Notes: generated by a model from the sequence alone, not told the origin. A DNA stretch of 64,000 nucleotides from Eledone cirrhosa (GCA_964016885.1 OZ024741.1:298592001-298656000); one strand, 5' to 3'. Shown: positions 1 to 13,293, numbered from the stretch's first letter. A program made the numbers and translations.

Positions 1-1400
1 TGGCCTGCCCCTTAACAGTTTCAACTGTGATACTCAAATCAGTTTGGTGGTGTGCCTGTTCACTAATCTCCTTTTGTACTGTCTCAATCCACACTGCCTG
101 GTCATTATGTTTAACATTCTGCTCCCATATTCCTCTCCAGAATGTCTTAGTTTGTTCCGCCCCAGGAATCAAGTCGTTGCCTCTTTCTTTCCCTTCAAGC
201 TGTTCAAACAACATCTTCTGGTTGTTGTCAAACATGCGGTTCTGTCTATACCGACTGACTCTGCTCTCGTATCGCCTAATTTTTGCACTCTTTGCTACAA
301 TGCGTTGCTTCAGTTCCTCTATGATAATATTTAGCTTTTTCCTCATAGTTTTGTATTTTATTTCCAGTCTATTTTTAGTGTCTATGTCTTTTTAGTGTCC
401 CATTCAGTAGGGACTCAAGCTTTCCAATGTCATTTCTCATTTCCCTGATTTGACTATTCAGTCGTTTCTTCCACCAAGATTCTGATCTTTCTTGTTTTTT
501 GTTTCCTCTCGCTTTTATGCCAAGTAATTTCCTCACCGCATTTGCTTTTGCTTTGAGGATATTGTTGCACTGGTGAAGGCTCCTCGCCTCAAGGTATGGG
601 ATGACTTTGTTTACCTTAGCTGTTGTTTCTTTTAACTTTTTCCTGCCTACAAATCTTAGGTTCATAGGTTTCCCACTATCATTGTTCATTTCATCTACCA
701 CTAAGTTTAGGATATCAACCAAATCTTGTCCTAGCCCGTCAGCATTCATCTCCCCAATGGCCGTATCTCTGTTCCAGATATTATTTATTTCAGCATTCAG
801 ATCATTGTCTGATTCGGATGATTACTCCGTTCTCTCAACCTCTTCACCTTCATTTCCCACTGGCTCGTTTGCCTGGCATACTCCACTCTCCATTTCCAAC
901 CTAATCTCTCTGCTCAGTTCCTCCAGTTCCAGCTCGCTTATCCATCCATTAGTTCTTATTACCCGAGCCTGCCCGGCCAATTTTTGTTCATCGAATTTAA
1001 ATAGACCAATCTCGTTCCAGATGTTATGCATCCGTTTCCTATAGCCTTTTTCCTTGGGGTTACTCTTCAGGTAACATTGCATAACAGTTCTATTCAATTC
1101 TTTCGTCCAGTTTGTTCTGGTCCCTTTCCTTCTTCTTCTTCCTCCGACACCAGCAGTATTTGGTTGACAGCCAGGTCCCTGCTGCTGAGCCAGGGAGCAC
1201 CTGCTAGGTGAGAGTCTGTCACATGACATTCCAGTCTCCACTTCACCGTTATTTGAACTGTTTAGGTTCGACATTTAAACACTCTTATCGAGGATTGGTG
1301 AATGTATGGTTACATAACCACCGGTGATTTCATCACCTCCGGTGATTTGATCACCCTCGGTGATTTTAGCGTGGCATTATCACGCTGTAGACGAACATAA
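1..1400 (-). mobile_element. R4/Dong-clade non-LTR retrotransposon, 5' UTR and N-terminal ORF region (disrupted; continues beyond window start)
   Basis: ORFs 822..1274 (NWTKELNRTVMQCYLKSNPKEKGYRKRMHNIW) and 375..749 (WWKKRLNSQIREMRNDIGKL) resemble the N-terminus of R4/Dong RLE elements; the reading frame is broken by stops. Confidence 0.75.
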
Positions 1401-1565
1401 ATAAACAAACAAATAGGTAACCCCCCCCCCCCAAAAAAAAAAAATAAGCATAAGTTTCATTGTAATGTAATGTTTGAATGTCTGACTTAGTTTTTTTGCT
1501 TGTCTGTCTGTCCGTTTGTTTTACTTTTCTTTTTTCTTTTCTTTACGTTTTTCGTTGTATTATTA

Positions 1566-1640
1566 TCCTTACGGGGTCGATAAAATAAAGTACCAGTAAT
1601 GCACTGGGTAATTGCTGGCCTTGTGCTAAAAGTAGAAACA

Positions 1641-1645
<5 letters not shown>
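1566..1645 (+). mobile_element. tRNA-derived SINE, 3' half
   Basis: TCCTTACGGGGTCGATAAAATAAAGTACCAGT...TTGCTGGCCTTGTGCTAAAAGTAGAAACAATTATT, shared with full copies elsewhere in the window. Confidence 0.8.
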
Positions 1646-1685
<40 letters not shown>

Positions 1686-1695
1686 TTATTATTAT

Positions 1696-2125
1696 TTCAT
1701 TTTGTTGCTTTATGTTCATACGAGTTATCTCCAAGTCACAACCAGTGACCTCAAGAGACAACAAGGTCCGTCATGTTCAAGAAAGAACACATACACACAC
1801 ACATGCATCTTTAGGTGTTTAGACTTGTGATGTACTTATATTGACAGAATCTTCCTTAGTATATGGGCAGTTCCCATTAGTACTATCTTTTGTATTTCTT
1901 CTATACGCGAGTTTCCTGGGATTTGGGATAAGTAATCATTAGATCCCTTAGGTATCATTCCCAGAGCGCCTACAACCACTGGTATTGTTTTAGTTCTCAA
2001 TTTCCACATTTTTCCAATTTTTATCTCCAGGTCTTTATACTTCCTCAATTTTTCAAATGTTTTTATAGATATACATTCTTGTCTATTGGAACAGACATAT
2101 CATTTAGCAGGCATACCCTCTTTTT
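1696..2125 (-). mobile_element. R4/Dong-clade retrotransposon 3' end (restriction-like endonuclease C-terminus and 3' UTR) abutting (TAA)n
   Basis: ORF 1836..2048 KYKDLEIKIGKMWKLRTKTIPVVVGALGMIPK...IQKIVLMGTAHILRKILS is a typical RLE C-terminus; on the minus strand it runs into a (TAA)n tract at 1641-1695. Confidence 0.8.
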
Positions 2126-2181
2126 AAAGCCCTCCAAACCAGTTGAATTTCACTTAGGTGTTATTATTTATTTGGTAACTA

Positions 2182-2390
2182 CGGCGGTGGATTGGCAGAA
2201 TCTTTAGAGCGTCGGGCACCATACAGTTACGGCCTTTTTCGTTCTGAGTTCAAATCCCGCTGAGTTTACCTTTGCTTTTCATCCTTACGGGGTCGATAAA
2301 ATAAAGCATCAGTAACAATGAGGTCGATTTAATCGACTTTCCTCTCTCCTTCAAGTTGCTGGCCTTGTGTCTATAGCAGAAACAATTATC
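2182..2390 (+). mobile_element. tRNA-derived SINE, full length (central domain resembling Meta/MESC type)
   Basis: A-box-like TGGCAGAATC, B-box GAGTTCAAATCCC, body TTTGCTTTTCATCCTTACGGGGTCGATAAAATAAAG, tail GGCCTTGTG...AGAAACAATTAT. Confidence 0.8.
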
Positions 2391-3524
2391 TATTTATAAC
2401 TAATCCATTCTTCGGTTAGCTTCGTAACCGAATGTTTTTTTATTTGTCATATTTAATTTTCATAACACTTTCTCAGACATTCTGTGACCTTCTCAGTGAC
2501 TATTCTTGCTTCCTGGAGTTTCTTCTTCATTTTGAATGACGACAAAATGGCGTTAATAAAATAAAATAAAAATGTCGAAATATTTCATGACTCCTAAAGA
2601 ATTTCTTGGCTCTATTACATAAGCGTTTTCATCATATCACCGATATAATAAAGTCTCTAATAGACGTCACTTTATGCGAAACTAAACCTATGTCCCTAAT
2701 ATGAAATTCTTTACGTATTCTAATTCAAGGACGCAGGAAAACATTTAATATCAAGCCAGTCATAAACGAAGCCAATTTCACCTTAATTAGACGACGGTAA
2801 CGTTAAAACAAATACTACAGACTTACCTAGTCTTTCAAACATGCAAATGAGGAAACTTCTAGCTTTCTAACGAATCATCTGTTGGCTTTTAAACACATAT
2901 AACAACACTATAATATAAAACGGTGAATGCTAAACAACCTGAAGTTTATATTACACGAGGGGCTGGAAATACTGAGGGGAGAAAAAAGAGGCAAACATCC
3001 ACAAAAGCATGACTCCCCAAACTGTTGATAGGTTTGATGAGTTTGAAAAACTCACCTCGTCGTTGAACTTAGCAACTGACGATTAGAAGAGAATGTTGTT
3101 TTCCTAGATACACTACACCAGCGTTTTGCAATGATAAGCATATTTTATGTTGCTACAACGCAAATTCTAACAAAAAGTTGTATAGAAGGGTCTCTAGATA
3201 TTTTGGTGACTATTCACCTCGTTAGAATCTGTCAAACGTAAATGGCTACGCCTTTAAACCCATTATATATTGCAATTGTTGACAACCACCAAAGAAATGA
3301 AGAACCAGACTCATAAAACTACAATGAGAAATAACTTTCCTAGAAAGGAAACAAAAAATCATTTCAGAATGCTCTACCATGTGTAATATAAGATGGTAGA
3401 TTTACATAAACAATCTCATACGCATGCACACACACACACACGCACACAACACAACACAACACACAAATATATACACACACACACATGTGCACACAATCAC
3501 CCCCCCCCCCCCCCCCACACACAC

Positions 3525-3578
<54 letters not shown>

Positions 3579-3588
3579 AGAGAGATAT

Positions 3589-3732
3589 GTAAAATCACGA
3601 TTGAGGCTTGTCACAAAACGAAACCAATTGGCGCCGCAGGGATTTTACCTATCTCAATACCTACTGTGTATCTCACTATTCATTGAGTACTTCCATGATT
3701 AGCGGTCTCCCCGGTCTTAGCACCGCATATTC
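3589..3732 (+). mobile_element. Short non-coding repeat with decayed hammerhead fold (family also at 19548-19935)
   Basis: GTAAAATC...GGCTTG..CGAAACC..GGCGCCGC..GGGATTTTAC; the downstream CATTGAGTAC...GGTCTCCCCGGTCTTAGCACC segment recurs at 19548-19600 (-) and 19880-19930 (+). Confidence 0.6.
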
Positions 3733-3772
3733 TCTCTCTCTCTGTTTCTCTCCCTCTCCCCCTCTCTCTCTG

Positions 3773-4115
<343 letters not shown>

Positions 4116-4821
4116 GTAGTGTATTTTCTACATAGTGTGTATGTATGTAAGTCTTGGTCATTCCTCTATCATTCCTGAAGAACCCATTCATATGGTTATT
4201 GATTTGTTTTGAAACCTCATATACTAGTTATCTCTATTTCCATTTCTTATATTTCTATAGTTTCTCCTTTTCTTTTACAAATGTATAGAATCCATTTGGA
4301 ATCGATATATCGATTTAGAGACACTTCTGCTTCTGGTGGACTTTGTGAATAATAACTGGTCGATTTGCCTTAATCTTCCTATCTGTATGATTTGACATGT
4401 CCCAAAGTATGGTCAATTTGTCATTCTCTTAAACCGACTGTGGCGTGTTTGTAGCACTTCCTTTCTCCGGATATTTCAAAATGTTAGTATATATTTCAGT
4501 GCATCAAAGCTTTATTTCAAAAACAACGTCAAATATTTTTCTGTAGTCTTGTTTTTATTTAGGGTGTTTGCTGGCTGCACAACTATATGTAACTCTATCT
4601 GCTTAGTATACGTGCATTTCTTTGATTTGTGTTTATGCTTTATGCTCTATTAAGCACACAACATAAGTGCAGTGCATATTTTCCATATGTTGTGTATATA
4701 TTTACGTTCTGGCGCTTCGGTTTTGTATTGGTCTGCATTTGCTTTTGGCATTTCAAGATTGCTATTAGCATTGGGATTGTTTTTCTTTTAAATCCTTACA
4801 TTTTGATTATTTGTATTCCTA

Positions 4822-5578
4822 GTTCTGTGGAACTGCTTAGAAAGGATCCAAACAAAGAGGACTACATAGATAATTTCAGGCCCATAACTCTGATAAACGC
4901 AAAAGTTAAGATTTTTGGCTAAGGTATTAGCGACGAAGTTGGTGCTTGTCGTTGTGGTCTGATAGGAGAGGCGGAAATATGTGCCATTCCGGACAGATAC
5001 ATTCACGACAATCTCCACCTTATGTGGTGTATCATAGAGAGGGTAGCTAAGGAATCTGGCTCGGGTGGGGCCCTGATCAACTAAGATCAGACGAAAGCTT
5101 TCGCTAGTGTCAACCATCGATTACTGGCGGCAATCCTCAAGGTAGCGGGCTTCGGGCCTGTATACAGAGGATGGATTGCTGCAATGCACGGCGACATGTG
5201 TTCAGTGGTTAGAGTGAACAGCAATCTCTCAGAACCTTTCAACATCATGTGCTCGGTTCGTCAAGGTTGTCCTTTCTCATCTCTGTTGTTTATGTATTTC
5301 TCGAGCCAATAGTACATAAAAATTAGAGATGTTGAGAGACATCTCACGCGAGCTAGGATGTGGAAGGTCCATGTCAGCATATGCCGATGACGTCACCGTA
5401 GTGGTGTCGAGCAGTGATCGACACTGCTCTCGAGAAATACAAAGCGATAACAGGAGCAAATACTAACTAGGAAAAGTCAAAGGACCTGCGGCTCGGCTCC
5501 TGGAGAGGCAATCCATGCCGCCCAACAACGTTGTCGGGTGCTGTACAGACTGATGAAGTTACTCGGGATCTGGTTTAA
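4822..5578 (+). mobile_element. Tx1/L1-clade RT fragment (degenerate)
   Basis: LLRKDPNKEDYIDNFRPITLINA, SVRQGCP and SAYADDVT motifs; homologous to 44450-44990. Confidence 0.85.
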
Positions 5579-6547
5579 GGCATTCCGTTGGAGTCCATCT
5601 AATCTTTTGTACGGCTATTCTTGACTATATTATCTCTTATGTTGTTTCCTCACATAACATTGAGAATAATTTTATGGGCGTCGACTGCTTTTTTTTGTAG
5701 CATTTCTGACAGTTCACTCATTTATTAAGGGTGTTATAGTTTTTGTGTTCATTATTTAGCCCCCGCAAAGCCCTTATCTGTAGTGATACGAACTAGTATC
5801 TCATGACATTCACAAAGTTTTTAAAAACTTTATCAATATAAATGAAATATTTATTGAGAATAATCAAAATATTGCGAGAATCTATACGTCACGTTCAATC
5901 TCGTTTATATAATGTTTAAAGTGTATTGAATATCTGTATAGAAACGTTCGATCTGTACGGTCTGTCGAATTAGTGAATTATGATCTGGTATCTGCCAGTA
6001 AAAGAGAAGCAACTTTACAAATATATAATATTCAATTGTGTTGTCAAGTGATGTAGAATAATTACAGATGATGAAGCTAGTTAGCTAGTAAACACACGCC
6101 TGTATGGACTGGAGTGGTGGCGTAAAGTTGAGAAAAAACACACACACACACACACACATACACACGTATCACCATTCAGACACTCAGACACAGTCACATA
6201 TCTATATTGGTCAAATAATTTTGAATGTACATGTCAAAAAGGGCTGCAAGAGGCATAAAAAGACAAATAGAAAGAGTAAGTTACAGAGAAAGAAGGGTAG
6301 GTAGATAGATAGATAATAGTTAAATAGATAAATAGGGATGGGGCAGGAGAGAAAGAGAATAGAATAGCGAGAAAGAGGAATGAGGGAAATAGAAAATGGG
6401 AGAGTTATAAAGAAAAAATGATGCAGAAGAATGGATATCCCCCAATAATAACATACAAAAATGTACACGTATACGCATATTCAGACATTTGTATCATATT
6501 CATTCACGCATTGCATACATAGTCTCATACATACGTACGTATATTTC

Positions 6548-6832
6548 ATATAAATATTATAAGGCAGCAAATATTGCGTATATAGTCATGTGGTTATGCA
6601 TATACTATATATCTATCTAACTATCTGTCTAGAATGATACATAAATAAGAAATACATACATACAAACATACATACAAGCATACGTATGTTTGTATGTATG
6701 TTTGTATGTATGTTTGTATGTATGTATTTCTTATTTATTTATCATTCTAGACAGATAGTTAGATAGATATATATTATATGCATAACCACATGACTATATA
6801 CGCAATATTTGCTGCCTTGTAATATGTTTGTA
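6548..6832. repeat. Near-perfect palindrome (about 135-bp arms, centre near 6683)
   Basis: AAGGCAGCAAATATTGCGTATATAGTCATGTGGTTATGCA... is mirrored by ...TGCATAACCACATGACTATATACGCAATATTTGCTGCCTT. Confidence 0.9.
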
Positions 6833-6967
6833 TGTATGTATGCTTGTATGTATGTATGTATGCATGTATGTTTGTATGTATGTATGTATGTATGCTTGTA
6901 TGTATTTATATATATGTATGTACGCATGTATGTATGTTTGTATGTATGTATATATGTATATATTTAT

Positions 6968-7577
6968 GTCAGGTCACCAGTTAGTGCTACTGGTAACATG
7001 TATCCCAGTACAACCTGTCCCATGGTCGGGTCGTTAGCGACTAAACTAGCAACCCCACCAAGATTTCTTGGTGAGGAGGGTGATTTTGGACATCCTGCAG
7101 TACTAAAAAAAAACCTGTCAAAGGGCAAAGGAGCTCTTAAGAGTCAATGGCCATCCAAAATCACCGGGAGAGATGACCCCTTAGCCTTTGTCAAGGCAGA
7201 ATTCTAGGAGAAGGACAACTCTGATATAACACCTGCAACCCTGATGGTATCCAATGATGTTGACTTGTTCTTCTTTTTGGTAAATATCATCTTGGTTAAG
7301 AGAGTGGGACTGGCTTTGTGCAGTGCTTTTGCTCACTATAAAAGCTTCACGGCACAGGCATTTTATTATATCTGGAGATCTCTCTGCACTTGTCCTCACA
7401 TGGTACCATGGGCCCAGCACTATGTGTCAATAATTGTCACAAGTGTAGTGTTTGTACCAGAGTTCTCAAGTCGCTGGCTGGACTAAAAAGTCACACTCGT
7501 TCAGCGCATCGGTAGGGGTTCTCCTACATGGATATAAAGTAGTGGCCGTACTCGAAAACGAGTTGGCAGCCACCATG
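6968..7577 (+). mobile_element. About 610-bp non-coding retroposon in (TATG)n, probably RTE-derived non-autonomous element, copy 1
   Basis: Four copies in the window; no ORF of note; contains TCTAGGAGAAGGACAACTCTGA resembling the conserved RTE 5' UTR motif; ends GGCAGCCACCATG followed by (TATG)n. Confidence 0.65.
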
Positions 7578-7604
7578 GATATATGTATGTATGTATATAT
7601 TTAT

Positions 7605-8222
7605 GTCAGGTCACCAGTTGGTGCTACTGGTGACATGTATCCCAGTACCACCTGTCTCATGGTCGGGTTGTTGGCGACTAAACTGGCAACCCCACCAAGG
7701 TTTCTTGGTGAGGAGGGTGACTTTGGACATCCCGCAGGACTAAAAACAAAACCTGTCAAAGATCAAAGAGCAAAGGGTCTCTTAAGAGTCAATGGCCATC
7801 CAAAATCACCGGGAGAGATGACCCCTTAGCCTTTGTCAAGGCAGAATTCTAGGAGAAGGACAACTCTGATATAACACCTGCAACCCTGATGGTATCCAAT
7901 GATGTTGACTTGTTCTTCTTTTTGGTAAATATCATCTTGGTTAAGAGAGTGGGACTGGCCTTGTGCAGTGCTTTTGCTCACTATAAAAGCTTCACGGCAC
8001 AGGCATTTTATTATATCTGGAGATCTCTCTGCACTTGTCCTCACATGGTACCATGGGCCCATCACTATGTGTCAATAATTGTCACAAGTGTAGTGTTTGT
8101 ACCAGAGTTCTCAAGTCGCTGGCTGGACTAAAAAGTCACACCCGTTCAGCGCATCGGTAGGGGTTTTCCTACATGGATATAAAGTAGTGGACGTACTCGA
8201 AAACGAGTTGGCAGCCACCATG
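7605..8222 (+). mobile_element. About 610-bp non-coding retroposon, tandem copy 2
   Basis: Highly similar to 6968-7577, separated by a short TATG/TA tract. Confidence 0.7.
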
Positions 8223-8355
8223 TATTTATGTGTGTATGTATGTATGAATGTTTGTATGTATGTTTGTTCTTCTGGAAAAAAAATTTGTGAAATTATAAAA
8301 CCAGAAGAACAAACATACATAAAAACATTCATACATACATACACACATAAATACA
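8220..8355. repeat. Hairpin containing the 3' terminus of an R4-like element plus (CATA)n
   Basis: Arms 8220-8275 and 8301-8355 are inverted; AAATTTGTGAAATTATAAAACCAGAAGAAC matches the reverse complement of 30945-30976. Confidence 0.7.
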
Positions 8356-8799
8356 TACAAGCATACATACATACAAACATACATATAATCATACATACAT
8401 ACAAGCATACATACATACAAACATACATACAAACATTCATACATACAAATATTCATAAATACATACATACATACATACATACATACATACACACACACAT
8501 CAATACATACATATATAAGTACATGCATATACTGCTTAAGTTGGCATATACTACCACATATGCTATATAACTAACAATAAACTAATATAGGTATACAGAC
8601 GTTATCTACTTAGAAGTGTAAATATATAAACATGAAAATTTGGCTTTTTAGACAAAGAAAAATACCACACAACACATATTTTGACAAGGTAATATAAATG
8701 TAATAATTTTATTCTCATAACTTCTAATTTCATTTCGTTTGAGCAGATAATGGGGGAAAGATGTGTGTGTGTGGATAGAGAGAAAAGGTGGGTGGAGAA

Positions 8800-10400
8800 T
8801 CGACACCAATGTCGGATTGGTATTTTATTTATCGGCCTGATACGCGATGGGGCCCACCCACAGCCCCGGCGGACAGAATGGCGAAAGCGTTTCCCCGGAG
8901 GACGGCAAGGGAGACGCGCTGGAAAAGCCACTCTAACTCGCGGGGCTCACACCTGCGGCTGGCCACTGACAGGGGTACGACCGAAAACCTGTCGGAGAGC
9001 GACCGTTATTTGAGGGGTTTGGCCTCCTCAGCCCGACGTGCAGAAGAACCTGGGTCAGTCGCAGACTGCACCAGGTTGTGGCTGCAGAAAGTGTCGGTGC
9101 AAGTGGCATCCCAGACGAGGGGTTTGCCACCGCGGAACGGGAAGATGGGCATGCCTTCTGGCCTTTTGCTGTCCCCTCGATCCAGCCCCATCGGCTCGAG
9201 CTGGGTAGGGAAGCCTGCAGCTTCCAGGCCATGCTTAATGACCTCGTTGAGGGCAGAATGACGTGGAAGGCGGTGGGCACTGTGGCAACAGGAAAGCGGG
9301 TGGAGGCCGAAAGAGTCCACGATGGAACCGCAGCGACATTGGTGTGGCTGGCAGATCCGGAGGCCGAGCCTCAGGGAAACGTCGATGCGCAGACTATGGT
9401 TGTCTAGTTGCGTGCCAGTGGAGAAGGAGGTCAGGGCATGGAGCCAGACACCACTGTGGGGTTTGGAGGCCGCACGAAAACAAGCAAAGCGGTGCTGGTC
9501 GAGCTGGCGCGTGAGCCTGTCTGAGGCCAGGCTGCACTGGATGGCATCCCAAGTGCGTTGGGAGAACCTGACGTCAACAGGGGGAGAAGGAGGAAGGACA
9601 TCTACTGGGCTAAGTCCCAGCCGGTTCCACGTCTCACAGGCGGCCTCACGTTCTATGAACACAGAGGGTTCTGTTGTGTTTTGAAGAACCCTGCTGACGA
9701 GGACGCGGCACGAGGTTACCGACGAAAGATACGCCGGCAAAGCTAGTGGGATCGGGGACCGGAGGCCAAGGCCGCCATACCTGACAGGAAAAGTGTTCTG
9801 TTGCCACCCTATGTCGTCAAACTTGATGTTGCATATTCCCTCGGCTGCTGCTCGGATACAAGTATCGAGGTCAGCGACGAGAGATGTTTGGGTGTAGCAC
9901 GGAGCGCTGCGGAGGGTATAGAGGATCTTCGGCATGGCGAAACAGTTCCTCAGCAGAAAGAGAGCTGGGTGGCCGTCAATCAAGCCCAGTCGGTTCGTGA
10001 GAGTCTGGAGTTATTGAAGCCTGGACCTGATGGTGGAGCGGATGGCCCGCGGGTGAATAGGTCACCCGAGGATGAGAACATCCTCTTTGGTGGTCACCTG
10101 AACCTGGTGGCGAATGGACCGCACGTCCAAGACGGAGGCTGCAAAGCTCGCAGAATCGAGGCTGACATTCCCCACCTCCGACTTGGTCGAGTTGACCTAG
10201 AGGCCGATTCCCGCCAGGACAGGAACCACCGATTGAAGGTCATGGCAGACCGTCCGTACGGGTCCGCCAAACGTAGCATCATCCAGATAACAAACGTTGA
10301 GAGGGGCCGTGATACTCCGGGTGATGTGGTCAATACCAAGGGCGAACACGAGGAGTCCCAAACGGTTGCCCTGTTGGACCCCAGTAGCCGAGGGTATGAC
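8800..10400 (-). mobile_element. CRE-clade non-LTR retrotransposon, 5'-truncated (RT 3' half, CCHC-like region, RLE nuclease)
   Basis: GVQQGNRLGLLVFAL, YLDD, PVRYGGLGLRS, CQPHQCRCG..HPLSC, RHSALNEVIK, EPMGLDRGDSKRPEG, LVWDATCTDT in ORFs 10197..10472 and 9006..9983; GC-rich island; frameshifted. Confidence 0.8.
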
Positions 10401-10545
10401 CGTAATTATGTATGCAGAATAGTTAAAAGAAATGCAAAAACAAATACAAGAAAAATCGCTACACATGCACATACATACACACAGGTGTATAGACAGTGTA
10501 TACTCTAGTCGTTGTTTGAATTACATACTTTGACTGGCATGTATA

Positions 10546-10655
<110 letters not shown>

Positions 10656-10823
10656 GAAAAGATTTAGGACCCCGACGGCTGAGCTCTGGCCGTTTCGACA
10701 GCTAGATCCGAACTAAAGCCGTCGGGGACCCGAATCTTTTCACATTACCCACTCTACTACTCCAAGGATCGAATATTCTAGTGGGTTATGGTCTAGCTGG
10801 TTTTTACCACACCCTATCTGACA
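10656..10823. mobile_element. Short element with inverted 5' segment, possible Penelope pLTR fragment
   Basis: GAAAAGATTTAGGACCCCGACGGCT / AGCCGTCGGGGACCCGAATCTTTTC inverted arms; minus strand carries GTCGAAACGGCCAGAG (hammerhead 3'-half-like); flanked by (TA)n. Confidence 0.5.
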
Positions 10824-10873
10824 TATATATGTGCGTGTGTATGTGTGTGTGTGTGTGTGTGTGATAGAGAAAG

Positions 10874-10914
<41 letters not shown>

Positions 10915-10917
<3 letters not shown>

Positions 10918-11130
10918 TTCCGGGTTCAATAGGGGTAACCACAGTTAGTAAGGTACACAATACATTAGTAGAGTGTAAACATTAAGTTTAATTTAGAAAT
11001 GTCTTTTACAGAACGAGAATTATTTCATTCAAAAGAAATCATCAGGAAAGCCGGTTGTACTAGTAAAACAGTTGTATTTATATGTTTTCTCGTGGTTGAG
11101 GATGGGTGGAGGTCATTGGCCAAGGGACTT
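10915..11130 (-). mobile_element. Non-coding repeat with decayed hammerhead (family also at 62326-62490)
   Basis: TAACCACAGTTAGTAAGGTACACAATACATTAGTAGAGTGTAAACAT is shared with 62348-62395; minus strand reads GGCTTTC-CTGATGA-T-TTC-TTTT-GAA-T-GAAA...TGTA-AAAG. Confidence 0.6.
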
Positions 11131-11648
11131 TAAAGAACAAGGATTCTTCGAAAAAAATATTTTTAGTTATTTACACAATAATACAATGGCACAGATATAT
11201 GTAAAGGTTCGCGTTCACATTCACGTACACATATACACACACATACACACGAGCACCCACACTCTTGAAAAGTCCATTCATTCTAAGCATATATCTATAA
11301 TCTATTATTTTATTATATATATTACCCGAAGGGATGCGATTGGTATAAACCACCCATAATGGAGTTAATTGTTAACTGGTAATCCCCGGTTTCTCCACAA
11401 ATGGATGCGATATTCTAGCCGCATTGTAATGGTTGTAGAGATGTCTAAATAAATAATAATATCCTACCCTTGGCCCTTGGCCCTTGGCTTTAACTTTGAG
11501 TATATATATATATACTCAAATATATATATATATATATAGTAATAATAATACATTTGAAGACTAAAATCCAAAGTATCGTCTTCCTGTCTTCCTCCGGTTG
11601 CAACGTTTTTTGAAATATCCACTTCTGCGTTTACAGATTGACTTTGTT

Positions 11649-11699
11649 AGTTTCAGAAGATCCCGTTAAGGGTGAAAGCAGCGATTCTTTGCTTAAACT
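11649..11699 (+). ncRNA. Type I hammerhead ribozyme relic (U4A core change)
   Basis: Stem I AGTTT/AAACT; core CAGAAGA; T-CCC-GTTAA-GGG-T; GAAA; stem III AGCAG/TTGCT; cleavage triplet CTT. Confidence 0.55.
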
Positions 11700-11802
11700 T
11701 TAATCTGTTATTTTAATATATATATATATATATGTATATTTGAAAAAAGGAAAAGAATGACTTCAGTTGTAGTTCTAAACAATTTGATTTAATTTCATAA
11801 TA

Positions 11803-11879
11803 TTATAATTGTTTCTACTTTAGACACAAGGCCAGCAATTACCCAGTACATTACTGGTACTTTATTTTATCGACCCCGT
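11803..11879 (-). mobile_element. tRNA-derived SINE, 3' half
   Basis: Reverse complement of the 1566-1645 sequence. Confidence 0.8.
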
Positions 11880-11973
11880 TATTATATTATGATAAAATTA
11901 AATCAAATTGTTTATAACTACAAGTGAAGTCATTCAAATATATATAACTGCACCAAAGATTTCACACATTTTC

Positions 11974-12021
<48 letters not shown>

Positions 12022-12043
12022 TATATAGAAAAGTTAACACACA

Positions 12044-12153
<110 letters not shown>

Positions 12154-12220
12154 TGTGTGTGTTATTCAATTTACATGGACTAACGCGAGTTTATGACTCC
12201 TTTGATTTATATATATATAT

Positions 12221-12805
12221 ATAAGAAAATAAGTCCATAGAATCATTAGATAAAATATATAGAATATTTCCTCTCCCAATCAGCATAATCAACCACACAA
12301 AAAAATCATTTAAACGAGGCTATAAGTTTAAAATATACCTATGAAGAAATAATAGATAAATAAATGATAGCTTTTTATCCGCGATTCACAGCCACAGAAA
12401 ATTTACCTAGTATTTCTAATAGCCTGTAGAAATGTTCTAGACATATAGTTAACCATACATAATTAGGTAAAAAATCAAAGTTAGAAGAAAAAATGTACAT
12501 AAACATACCCAAATCATCAAAATATATCTCTACCCCCGACGATTTCATTCGCTTTTTGGATATATCCGATCTTGGATAAATCAACGAGTTTCGAAATCAT
12601 CAGGAGACAAACTCAATTGGACAAAGATTTAAAAGATTTAAATGATTTTTTGTATGGTTGATTATGCTGATTGGGAGAAGAAATACTGTATATATTTTAT
12701 CTAATGATACTATGGACTTACTTTCTTATATATTGGTCTGATTGTTGATTGTTTAATTAATTAATTCATCATTGAGTTACACCGTGAATGGTTGCCAAAA
12801 GCATA
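12221..12805. mobile_element. Non-coding repeat family with internal inversion and hammerhead-like motif (second copy 13908-14290)
   Basis: 12221-12310 is inverted at 12637-12733; minus strand 12533-12607 reads TCTC-CTGATGA-T-TTCG...CGAA-T-GAAA-TC-GTC-GGGG. Confidence 0.6.
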
Positions 12806-12862
12806 TATATATATATATATATATATGTATGGCTCTGTCTAGTTTATGTGTATGTAAACTTC

Positions 12863-12917
<55 letters not shown>

Positions 12918-13218
12918 CTCACTTGCATGTTCCATTGGTCTTTGTCCCCCCACCATTTAGTCTGTTTACCTGTTTTTTCTCTTTCTTCCTCTCTCCTCAC
13001 TACGTTTCCCCTTTGTCTTCTTTTTTCTTTTCTTTCCCTTTTGGCCTTTTGATCGATAAAAGGCATTTGGTGCGCCGCTGATCACTTTTAGATGTCCTGT
13101 ATGAAGCGTCGAAACATCTATGATCTCGGTTTACAGCTGATGAAGGATTTCTTCTCTTGTTTCGTCCATATTACCATTTTAAACTTTGTTCACAGTAACC
13201 ACACAGCTCATTTCGTTT

Positions 13219-13293
<75 letters not shown>

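Noticed and set aside
6968-7055. HDV-like ribozyme at the 5' end of the 610-bp element (GG-hairpin-CTAA pattern)
   Set aside because: I could not place P1, P2 and P3 with the required adjacency; simple hairpins explain the complementarity.
13075-13170. Hammerhead-like words CTGATCA, GAAACATCTA and CTGATGA
   Set aside because: No consistent set of stems I-III could be built.
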